A stretch of DNA of 32,000 nt, from the NCBI RefSeq assembly GCF_008000775.2, contig NZ_CP042905.2:150001-182000 (forward strand). The letters run 5' to 3'. Origin of the DNA: Promethearchaeum syntrophicum (GTDB lineage: Archaea; Asgardarchaeota; Lokiarchaeia; Sigyniarchaeales; Promethearchaeaceae). Position numbers and translations under genes: made by a program. Under the pieces are notes generated by a model. It saw only the letters and a program-made list of their open reading frames with translations, had not been told where the DNA came from and ran no database searches. The stretch's first letter is position 1. The number at the start of each line of letters is the position of its first letter. Below are positions 9,231-16,892 of this stretch, in pieces.

Positions 9231-10259
9231 TTGTTCCAATCCCAATATATTATTAATCAGAACGATTCAAACATTTGTCCAGAATGTGAGTCAAAATTGA
9301 TTCAAAATGGACATGAAAATGTTTGTGAAAATTGTGGTCTAGTAATTGATTCTGTTTTATTTGTTGATAGCTTTCAATTCAATGATACTATTAATTCAGA
9401 TTTATCTACAGGAGATCAATTTGTATCTGTTGGAAAAACTATCGATAATATCTGTACTTTAGGAAGTCATATCGATTTTTTCTCAACAAAAGTATTTTGT
9501 GATTATAAACGAAAAACTATTTCTTCAAATCTTCAAAAGAAATTCAGAAAATTAAAATCGTACACTTTTCCTATAAAAATAAAAAACCATGAAACAGATT
9601 ATAGAGTTTTAAGGATATTAAATAGTATTATTAAATATTTAGGGTTGTCTTCAATAGTAAAGAATCGCGCTGCCTATTATTATCAATCAATAAAACGTCG
9701 ATCTCCATCGATTCGAAATCATATTTCGTTAATTGGTTTTTGTATTTTTTACGCTTCGAGAGAGTTTTGCTCAAATGCTCCAGTTAGTATTCGTGAAATT
9801 TGTAATATATTTAACATAAAAGGTCATAGGGTTAGTCCCAGATTAATTATAAGAGATAGTATTGATTATCAAAAATACCTAAATAAAAAAAATCATCCAC
9901 ATAGAAGTGAAGATTATATCTCAAGATTTATCAATTCAATTGTAAGCTCACCTGAAGTTGTAAATAGAATGAAGAAAAAACAATCTATTTGGACAAGAGC
10001 AATTTATAAAAACCTTTTAACAAATAAATGTAATTTTATAATTGAAAGCATTAATAAAGGGAGAAAGCGGTCATGGAACCCTTTTATTCTTGCTGGTGCA
10101 ACAGTTTATTGTGCAGATAAATTGCTTGCAAAAGAATATGATACAAAATCAATATTAACTCAAAAAATTGCTTCAAATGCAATGAATATTGCAGAATATT
10201 CAATCCGAGACCATTATGTTAAAATTCTAAAACCACTATTTGATTCTATAAACCTATAA
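9231..10259 (+). CDS. tfb: Transcription factor B (TFIIB homologue), divergent paralogue
   Basis: It has an N-terminal Zn ribbon (CPECESKLIQNGHENVCENCGLVID) followed by about 200 aa with cyclin-fold-like repeats (RAAYYYQSI...LIGFCIFYASRE; ILAGATVYCADKL...IASNAMNIAEYSIRDHY). The start is TTG, with an SD-like AGTGAT 6 nt upstream. There is no in-frame ATG near the N-terminus. Confidence 0.75.
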   Translation: MFQSQYIINQNDSNICPECESKLIQNGHENVCENCGLVIDSVLFVDSFQFNDTINSDLSTGDQFVSVGKTIDNICTLGSHIDFFSTKVFCDYKRKTISSNLQKKFRKLKSYTFPIKIKNHETDYRVLRILNSIIKYLGLSSIVKNRAAYYYQSIKRRSPSIRNHISLIGFCIFYASREFCSNAPVSIREICNIFNIKGHRVSPRLIIRDSIDYQKYLNKKNHPHRSEDYISRFINSIVSSPEVVNRMKKKQSIWTRAIYKNLLTNKCNFIIESINKGRKRSWNPFILAGATVYCADKLLAKEYDTKSILTQKIASNAMNIAEYSIRDHYVKILKPLFDSINL

Positions 10260-11532
10260 GTGAATGATTTAAATACCCAGTTATTTTAGTATTCTTATTT
10301 TGTCCAACAACTGCGTTTTTATTCAAAACTGGTATATAATATAAATTTCTTCCCATATACGAAAATTGCGCATTCTCTCGAAATTCATTATAAAACACCA
10401 TGCCTTCCCATCCTTCCCATTGTTTATTAAAATTATCTGAGTAATCAGAAAAAATTATTGACAATTTCTTAGATCTCTCCTTTATTATTTGGGAATTCAA
10501 CTGTTTATATTTTTTTGCCTCTGTATTTGGTCTAACAGTAAATTTTGAGATATTTAGAATATTAGGTTTCCATTTTTTTATGAATTTTTCAGTTAGAGCA
10601 TAATCATCATCTGATTCACTAGGAAATCCAATAATAACATCAGTTCCAATTCCAAAAAGTTCATCAAATTTCTTCAATTTTAAAAAAATTGTTTCCACGT
10701 CTTCAATAATATAATGCCTTTTCATTTTTTTTAATATTTTATTACTTCCAGATTGAATTGGAATATGAAGAAATCGATAAAAGCGTTTATCATTAAATAT
10801 TTCTTGGAATTCAGAATAAAATTTTTTTAAATAATCAGGATTTATCATTCCCAATCGAAAATGAAGATTACCATCTAAATTAGATATTTCTTTAAGTAAA
10901 TGATGCAATTTTTTACCTTCGAAATCATAATTCCCAAGATCTTGACTAGTAATATGAAATTCTTTAATTCCTTTTGATATTAAAATTTCAAATTGTCTTA
11001 TAATTAATTTCGAATCAAAAGAATGTAATTTTCCACGAGCATTTGTAGTACAACAATATGAGCAGTTGTTATTGCACCCTTCAGAAATTTGAATAATAGA
11101 TATTGGTGATTTGCGATTAATATGAGGAATAATTATTGATTTTTCTTTATAATCCGGAAGCTTTTGGTTGAAAGTTTCATTTTTGAAAAGAATATTTAAT
11201 AAATTTGGAATATCTTGAATATTTAGAATGAATCCCTTCTTAGAGATCATACTTTCAATTTTATTGAAGATTTTTTTATCTATTTGTGGGAGACAACCAG
11301 TAATAATATAATATTTTGAGGGGAATTTCTGAACTAAATTTGAGATATAATAAAGAATTTTAGATTCAGTGGAAAGTTTGACTGCACAAGTATTTATAAC
11401 CACAATATCAGCTGATATTAATTTTTTTTTTTTGATACCATAGTCTTCAAAAATTTTTTCAATTTTTAGAGAATCCCCTTGATTAAAAGTACATCCATAA
11501 GTAATTATAAAATAACTTCTCAGATTGATCAT
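10246..11532 (-). CDS. Radical-SAM methylthiotransferase, MiaB/MtaB family (archaeal e-MtaB/CDKAL1-like)
   Basis: The N-terminal MTTase cysteines are present (TYGCTFNQGDS, INTCAVK, ITGCLPQ). The radical-SAM motif is EGCNNNCSYCC (CxxxCxxC). There is a C-terminal TRAM-like tail. The 3' end overlaps the convergent tfb gene by 14 nt. Confidence 0.85.
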   Translation of the reverse strand: MINLRSYFIITYGCTFNQGDSLKIEKIFEDYGIKKKKLISADIVVINTCAVKLSTESKILYYISNLVQKFPSKYYIITGCLPQIDKKIFNKIESMISKKGFILNIQDIPNLLNILFKNETFNQKLPDYKEKSIIIPHINRKSPISIIQISEGCNNNCSYCCTTNARGKLHSFDSKLIIRQFEILISKGIKEFHITSQDLGNYDFEGKKLHHLLKEISNLDGNLHFRLGMINPDYLKKFYSEFQEIFNDKRFYRFLHIPIQSGSNKILKKMKRHYIIEDVETIFLKLKKFDELFGIGTDVIIGFPSESDDDYALTEKFIKKWKPNILNISKFTVRPNTEAKKYKQLNSQIIKERSKKLSIIFSDYSDNFNKQWEGWEGMVFYNEFRENAQFSYMGRNLYYIPVLNKNAVVGQNKNTKITGYLNHSLIGL

Positions 11533-11584
11533 GGTTATAACTGTTTAAATTTAGTAAAATGATTATTTTTTTTATGGAAAAAAG

Positions 11585-11659
11585 TGCTTCTATCGGGATT
11601 CGAACCCGAGTCACAAGGGTGAGGGCCTCGCATGCTTGACCGAACTACACTATAGAAGC
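11585..11659 (-). tRNA. tRNA-Glu (anticodon CUC)
   Basis: The reverse complement reads GCTTCTATAGTGTAGTTCGGTCAAGCATGCGAGGCCCTCACCCTTGTGACTCGGGTTCGAATCCCGATAGAAGCA. The acceptor stem is a perfect 7 bp. The T arm is TCGGG-TTCGAAT-CCCGA and the anticodon arm is CGAGG-CCCUCAC-CCUUG. The D-loop AGUUCGGUCAA is typical of archaeal tRNA-Glu. Position 33 reads C rather than U. Confidence 0.88.
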
Positions 11660-11714
11660 GTTTTTTGAAGATAGACCGACCAATCATTTTTGAAAATCAT
11701 TTTGTTTTTTTTTT

Positions 11715-12110
11715 TTAAGAGATTTTCTTAATTTTAATGATTAAATCTAAGGTTTGACTAATATTTGAAATAATTTTTTCAATTACTAATAAATCATCAG
11801 TTTCTTCTAATTTTTTGGATAAACGTGAAACTAGATTAAAAAAAATATCATTTAATTTTAAAAGATTATTTGATATGTGTTTTTTAATTGGAATATTATT
11901 GCTTGATTCAATTTTCTCTTCAGCTATTTGCGATTTTTTATTTTCCAAATCATTATTTACGATAATTACTTCTCGATCACAGATTGGACAATAAATTTTT
12001 TCATTCTTTAAGCGAAAAAGAATATTATTACAATTTGGGCAATATTTATCCAACATGGTTGCCCCACTTCTTAACAAAGTAGCCATTTTTTTGATATTTT
12101 GCTCTACCAT
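11715..12110 (-). CDS. UPF0148 / SSSCA1 (autoantigen p27)-family zinc-ribbon protein
   Basis: LLRSGATMLDKYCPNCNNILFRLKNEKIYCPICDREV matches the family N-terminus (L.KGA.ML...CP.CG.PLF.LK.G...CP.C). The tail is helical. It starts 2 nt after the eS17 stop, so the two genes form an operon. Confidence 0.62.
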   Translation of the reverse strand: MVEQNIKKMATLLRSGATMLDKYCPNCNNILFRLKNEKIYCPICDREVIIVNNDLENKKSQIAEEKIESSNNIPIKKHISNNLLKLNDIFFNLVSRLSKKLEETDDLLVIEKIISNISQTLDLIIKIKKIS

Positions 12111-12112
12111 TC

Positions 12113-12334
12113 TTAAACATTCTTTGTTTGAAGATTCTCTTCATTTGTTTTTTGATTTTTAACTAAATGAGTAATATATCCCGCAATTCTGTTTCTTACT
12201 GGTTTTGATTGAATTATTGCATATTTTTCTAATTGCATTTTGTTTTCTTCAAAAACTGTTGTGAAAACTGTAGGATACATTTCTACTAACTCTTTTGATA
12301 CTTTCTTTATGAATACTGGACGAACTTTTCCCAT
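12113..12334 (-). CDS. rps17e: 30S ribosomal protein eS17
   Basis: MGKVRPVFIKKVSKELVEMYPTVF...IIQSKPVRNRIAGYITHLVK is collinear with eukaryotic and archaeal S17e (MGRVRTKTVKK...IPSKKLRNKIAGYVTHLMK). The ORF is open to an ATG at 12343. The conserved MGKV start is at 12334. Confidence 0.9.
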   Translation of the reverse strand: MGKVRPVFIKKVSKELVEMYPTVFTTVFEENKMQLEKYAIIQSKPVRNRIAGYITHLVKNQKTNEENLQTKNV

Positions 12335-12406
12335 ATAAATCACTCAATAGTCAAAAAATCATGAAAAAATTTTAACTTTGTGTTTTATTAAAAATACGAC
12401 TTTTAA

Positions 12407-14170
12407 ATGCTTAGATGGAAATTTTATTTGATGAAAAAACAGGCTTTATTTCTAATAATTAATTTCTTAATAATCTTTCAGTGTTTTCCGAATACAAATG
12501 CCTATTTACTATTTGAACCTTATCCAAATATTGAAACTGATAAACAGAATTACTTTTTGGATGAAAATATCTCAATTAATGCATCTTGGAATATTTATAA
12601 TTCTATAGATGAAGAAACTTATATAAATATTTTTTTCGTCGACAATGATCCTGAGATCTTAACTCCAAGTTGGGTTATAAATAATTCTCTTCATGTTATT
12701 GAATGTTCTTTTGAAAATGGAATCAATAATTTTCAAACTTCTATTCAAAGTTCCATTTTTTCTTTAAATTCCACTCAATTTCCTATTAATTTATGGGTTG
12801 TTTTAATAATTTTTAACATGCAATATGAGATATTGATAAATGACAATATTTTTTGGAATTGGACGCAAATTAGTTTAAATAAATATAATCCGATATTTTC
12901 TAATGATTTAGAAAACCAAACAAATCTGGAATATAAGGAAAATTATTTTATAAACAATTCAATAATTGCGCAACAAAATAGTTCAAAAATTTACTCGGGT
13001 GGTTCTGTTTCAGCAACTTTGAAATTAGATTCATTGTTAATTGATATAGAAGAATATATTATTTCAGACAATGGAAGTATTTTAATAGATATAAATGATT
13101 TTGATATAAGTAATATTGGTTTATATAACCTTTCTTTAATAATTTTAGAGAATGAACTATTTTTTGGTAGAGAATTACATCAGATTATAAATATTACCGA
13201 AAAAAACATTAAAATATCTGCTATGAATAATAGAAATTGTATATATAATTCTTCAGTCGACTTTTTTCTAATGGAAATTCAATTATTGGATAGAAATAAC
13301 ATCACAGTAGTTCTAGACGACCCATTTTGGATCATTGAGACAGATTTTATTCAAAAAGATTCACTTTTTTTGAATAATTGCTACTATTTTAAATTTATTT
13401 ATCCAGAACATTCAGGAAAATATTTCGTTAACATATCTGCATTCAAATATGGATATCATTTCAATTCGTCTTATTTTACATTTGAATTTAATGAATTTCC
13501 TATTGCAGATTTTTTCTCATCATCAAATGAATTAATTGTAGGGCAAACAGCTCATTTTTTTTATTCCGGAACAGAATTTGATGAAAATTTATTTTTTCTA
13601 TGGGATTTTGGAGATAAATTTGGAACTGCTAATGAAATAAACCCCTACTATATATATGAAATTCCAGGGATTTACACAGTTATTCTTTCTATTTATGATA
13701 TTAATGGAGATAGAGTAGTTGTTGAAAAGAATAATTATATCAAAGTTTTTGAAGATACTGTTCCCGAAGCGAATTTTACATTTAATACTAATTCTTTAAT
13801 TAAAAATGAAGAGATTCAATTCGTTTTTACTGGAACTTCAGGAAATGGATTAACCTCTTTTATTTGGGATTTTGGAGATAATTTTGGAATTTCTCATGAA
13901 AAGGATCCAATATATTCATACAAAGTTCCAGGAAGATATACTGTCATTTTGATAGTAATAGATCTAGATGGAGATAATAATACATTTATTCAAAATATAC
14001 GAATTTTAGAACATTCAGATAATTTAAATCTTAACGGTGTTGTTGAAAACAGGATATTTATATTAATTTTAATTTTCACTTTCTTAATTGGTTCAATTTT
14101 TATCGTATATACAAGAATTAAACAAAGAAATATTTCAAAAAAGATTCCATTAAAATCATTAACATTGTAA
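12407..14170 (+). CDS. Secreted, C-terminally membrane-anchored surface protein with two PKD domains
   Basis: It has an N-terminal signal-like segment (MKKQALFLIINFLIIFQCFPNTNA; the alternative start is at 12431). The two PKD signatures are FLWDFGDKFGTANEINPYYIYEIPGIYTVILSIYDINGD and FIWDFGDNFGISHEKDPIYSYKVPGRYTVILIVIDLDGD. The corresponding DNA repeat tgggattttggagataa[a/t]tttggaa occurs at 13601 and 13865, 264 nt (88 aa) apart. The C-terminus is a TM helix plus basic tail. Confidence 0.72.
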   Translation: MLRWKFYLMKKQALFLIINFLIIFQCFPNTNAYLLFEPYPNIETDKQNYFLDENISINASWNIYNSIDEETYINIFFVDNDPEILTPSWVINNSLHVIECSFENGINNFQTSIQSSIFSLNSTQFPINLWVVLIIFNMQYEILINDNIFWNWTQISLNKYNPIFSNDLENQTNLEYKENYFINNSIIAQQNSSKIYSGGSVSATLKLDSLLIDIEEYIISDNGSILIDINDFDISNIGLYNLSLIILENELFFGRELHQIINITEKNIKISAMNNRNCIYNSSVDFFLMEIQLLDRNNITVVLDDPFWIIETDFIQKDSLFLNNCYYFKFIYPEHSGKYFVNISAFKYGYHFNSSYFTFEFNEFPIADFFSSSNELIVGQTAHFFYSGTEFDENLFFLWDFGDKFGTANEINPYYIYEIPGIYTVILSIYDINGDRVVVEKNNYIKVFEDTVPEANFTFNTNSLIKNEEIQFVFTGTSGNGLTSFIWDFGDNFGISHEKDPIYSYKVPGRYTVILIVIDLDGDNNTFIQNIRILEHSDNLNLNGVVENRIFILILIFTFLIGSIFIVYTRIKQRNISKKIPLKSLTL

Positions 14171-14564
14171 TATTATAGATAATATTAGAGCATTTATGGA
14201 TTAAATACCCGCTTTTTTGTATGTAATCATTGAGACATCAGACTTTTCGGGATACTAAAGCGAAATCTCGACAATTTAATGCTTTTTTTCCCTTTCTTCA
14301 AGGATCTTAGTCGTTTCAATCTAGGCAAAGAAAATTTCTCATGAATTCGATTCAATCATAGATTTTTCTTAGATAGATACGTTTCTATTCTAAGGTTTGA
14401 TTTTCATCAAGATTATAATCTCCTTGGTCGAGAATAAGAAGCGAGGTTCCTCATTGTTAAAAAACAACGTAAGTCTCTTAATCCTAAATGCATATATTCT
14501 TAAAATTTGATTATAGAAAAATTTTTCGTTGTTTAAATTATTTCAAACTTAAGATTATTGAACA

Positions 14565-14771
14565 ATGTATAAAAAAAAATTCTTTCAGGAATTTCTACGT
14601 AATCTAAAGAAATTTATCAAAGATGAAGAGGGGAGTTCTACTATTGAATCTGGCCTATTGATTGCATTATCAATGATATTATTCCTATTATTAATAAGTA
14701 TTGCTCAAAATATTTATACATGGATTGAATCAACAGTTTTCGATGTATTGAATTTTGATTTTTTTAGATAA
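14565..14771 (+). CDS. Flp/Fap-type pilin-like protein (class III signal peptide), 68 aa
   Basis: FLRNLKKFIKDEEG|SSTIESGLLIALSMILFLLLISIA follows the Flp prepilin pattern (basic leader, DE.G cleavage glycine, Glu at +5, then a hydrophobic helix). It lies in a locus with a TadV/FlaK-like peptidase, a secretion ATPase and a TadC/FlaJ-like protein. Confidence 0.6.
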   Translation: MYKKKFFQEFLRNLKKFIKDEEGSSTIESGLLIALSMILFLLLISIAQNIYTWIESTVFDVLNFDFFR

Positions 14772-14861
14772 TGATAAATCAATAAATCATCAGTCCCTTG
14801 ATATTTTATTTTTATCCGACAAATTTCTTATTTAGATTTTAATTTTGGGGAGGAAAGATAA

Positions 14862-16070
14862 TTGACAATAAATTACTTGGAAGATCAATATTGTAGGAAT
14901 AGCTTATTTTTGAATGAAAAATATTTTGAGGTGAATTACCTTCCTGATCAAATAAAACATCGAGAACAAGAATTAATAATGCTCTCAAAGATATTTATTA
15001 AATTGATAGAAACACCTTTTCGAATATCAAGGAAAGTTATGATTCATGGTGATGTTGGAATTGGAAAAACTGCAATAACAAGAACATTTGGAAGAATGCT
15101 ATTGCTTTCTGCAAAAAAAAGAAATATCAAAATTAAGTATGTACATATAAATTGCAGAATAGAAAAATCTAATTTTAAAATTTTGAATCAAGTTCTAAGA
15201 AAATTAAATATCCCAGTTCCAATTCGTGGTTTTTCTCCTCAGGATTTAATAACAATGCTTCAAGATTACCTTATAAAAAATGAAATTTATTTGGTTTTAG
15301 TACTTGATGAATTAAATCATATTCAAAATTTTGATACAAATTTTGATATTATTTATTCTTTAACTCGGATGAATGACTCAGATAATGGTAAAAATTTTTT
15401 GTCTTTAATAGTTATCGTTCGAGATATTACGCTTTTGAGGAATTTAGATGAATCTACTATAAGTACTCTTCAAGGAAATATTCTAACTTTAAAAAAATAC
15501 ACTATTAATCAAATTGTAGATATTTTAAATTTCAGAATTGATAAAGGATTAAAAAAAGGGATTATTACAGAATCAAATGTACATTTAATTGCTGAAAAAA
15601 TATCAGATTCTGGAGATATAAGGAAAGGATTAAATATTATTAGAAATGCCGTTAAAATCACAGAAGCTAAAGACAAATCTCATGTATCTGGTAATGAATT
15701 ACAAATTGCTTTTAATAATTTAATACCTAGTTTACAAGACGATGCTTTAAGTATCCTTACCTATCATATGACTTTGCTTCTATACGTTATTACTGTTTTA
15801 TTGATGGAGAGAAAAGAGAAAAGGGTGATATTTTCAGAGATTCAAAAAAAATATGAAGAAATTTGTTTCTTATATCAAGAAACTCCTAAAAAGAGCACAC
15901 AAATTTGGAATAACCTCCAAAGTCTTAAGAATTATTCTTTAATTAAAATTAAGACTATTTCAAAGAAGGTAAAGGGAAGAAAATCATATTGTTCAATCAA
16001 CTCAATCCCTATTAATATTTTAAATGAAGAATTAAACCAAAAAATAAGAAATTTTCTCTCAACGAGATAG
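14862..16070 (+). CDS. cdc6: Orc1/Cdc6-family AAA+ ATPase with C-terminal winged helix
   Basis: YLPDQIKHREQEL opens the family-typical N-terminus. Walker A is HGDVGIGKT and Walker B is LVLVLDELNHI. The lid and winged-helix tail read LTYHMTLLLYVI...IFSEIQKKYEEIC...LQSLKNYSLIKIK...GRKSYCSI. The start is TTG, preceded by a strong SD (GGGGAGG) 8 nt upstream. Confidence 0.85.
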   Translation: MTINYLEDQYCRNSLFLNEKYFEVNYLPDQIKHREQELIMLSKIFIKLIETPFRISRKVMIHGDVGIGKTAITRTFGRMLLLSAKKRNIKIKYVHINCRIEKSNFKILNQVLRKLNIPVPIRGFSPQDLITMLQDYLIKNEIYLVLVLDELNHIQNFDTNFDIIYSLTRMNDSDNGKNFLSLIVIVRDITLLRNLDESTISTLQGNILTLKKYTINQIVDILNFRIDKGLKKGIITESNVHLIAEKISDSGDIRKGLNIIRNAVKITEAKDKSHVSGNELQIAFNNLIPSLQDDALSILTYHMTLLLYVITVLLMERKEKRVIFSEIQKKYEEICFLYQETPKKSTQIWNNLQSLKNYSLIKIKTISKKVKGRKSYCSINSIPINILNEELNQKIRNFLSTR

Positions 16071-16077
16071 ATCGAAA

Positions 16078-16380
16078 ATGGAAAAGACCATATTACCTTC
16101 AGAAATTGTAAATATTGAAGATATATTTTCTTCAAGGGGTAGAGCTAAAATTATTAAGTTACTCGCTTTAAGAGATGAACTAAATATTTCGAAAATTGTG
16201 GATTTAACAGGATTGAATCATTTAAGTGTAAAAACACATTTAATTTTCTTCAAAGGAATAAATTTTGTTCAAGAAAAAAAATTTGGGAGAATTAGAATAT
16301 ATAGATTTAAAACTGAAAATCTTAAAGCTAAAGCGTTAAAAAACTTAATTCAATTTTGGGAATATGAGAATGGATTATAA
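16078..16380 (+). CDS. Small ArsR-like winged-helix-turn-helix protein
   Basis: IFSSRGRAKIIKLLALRDELNISKIVDLTGLNHLSVKTHLIFFKGINFVQEKKFGRIRIYRFK has the helix-turn-helix plus wing pattern of ArsR/SmtB-type regulators. It starts 7 nt after the cdc6-like stop and overlaps the peptidase gene by 17 nt. Confidence 0.65.
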   Translation: MEKTILPSEIVNIEDIFSSRGRAKIIKLLALRDELNISKIVDLTGLNHLSVKTHLIFFKGINFVQEKKFGRIRIYRFKTENLKAKALKNLIQFWEYENGL

Positions 16381-16855
16381 AATTTCTGTAAAAATCATCA
16401 TTCTTATTATTTTTCTGGCAATCTATGCAATAAATGACATTGTGAATCAAAAAGTATCAAATTTTTTTATTTTAAGTGCATGTTCTATCAATTTATTTTT
16501 GAATTTTCTTTTTGATGATAACATTTGGGGATCTTCTTTAATATATACCCCTCTTTTTATAATTTCATTATATTATTGGAAAAAGGGATATATCGGAGGA
16601 GGAGATCTAAAATCTATTATGGTAGTTCTATATTTTATAAATTTTGAATATTCAGTATCAATTTGCTTATTAATTGATAAAAAAACACCAGATATTATTG
16701 AGCTTTTTATTTTTTTTTTCCTTTTATTAGCAATAAAAAAGCCAAATCTAATATCAATATTATTTGAAAACCCAAATATTTATAAAATTAAATCAGAAAA
16801 ATACTCAATATTACCCTATTTTTTTATTTCTTATCTATTGGCTTTAATATTTTAA
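16364..16855 (+). CDS. Prepilin/preflagellin peptidase, A24 family (short TadV/CpaA/FlaK-like form)
   Basis: This is a polytopic membrane protein with the two catalytic aspartates in their usual contexts: AINDIVNQK (D25) and GYIGGGDLKS (D81, the GxGD[V/L]K motif). Confidence 0.72.
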   Translation: MRMDYKISVKIIILIIFLAIYAINDIVNQKVSNFFILSACSINLFLNFLFDDNIWGSSLIYTPLFIISLYYWKKGYIGGGDLKSIMVVLYFINFEYSVSICLLIDKKTPDIIELFIFFFLLLAIKKPNLISILFENPNIYKIKSEKYSILPYFFISYLLALIF

Positions 16856-16892
16856 TTAGAACTTTAAAAATTTTTTTCTAAGAAAAGAAACA

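Noticed and set aside
14171-14861. A replication origin (ORB/mini-ORB repeats plus an AT-rich unwinding element) next to the Orc1/Cdc6 gene, and a C/D-box sRNA (UGAUGA at about 14404-14409 on the minus strand).
   Set aside because: I found no repeated ORB-like box (only two short, unrelated inverted repeats). No CUGA D box lies at a suitable distance from the C-box-like hexamer. The region is kept as an unexplained spacer in the findings rather than called as a feature.
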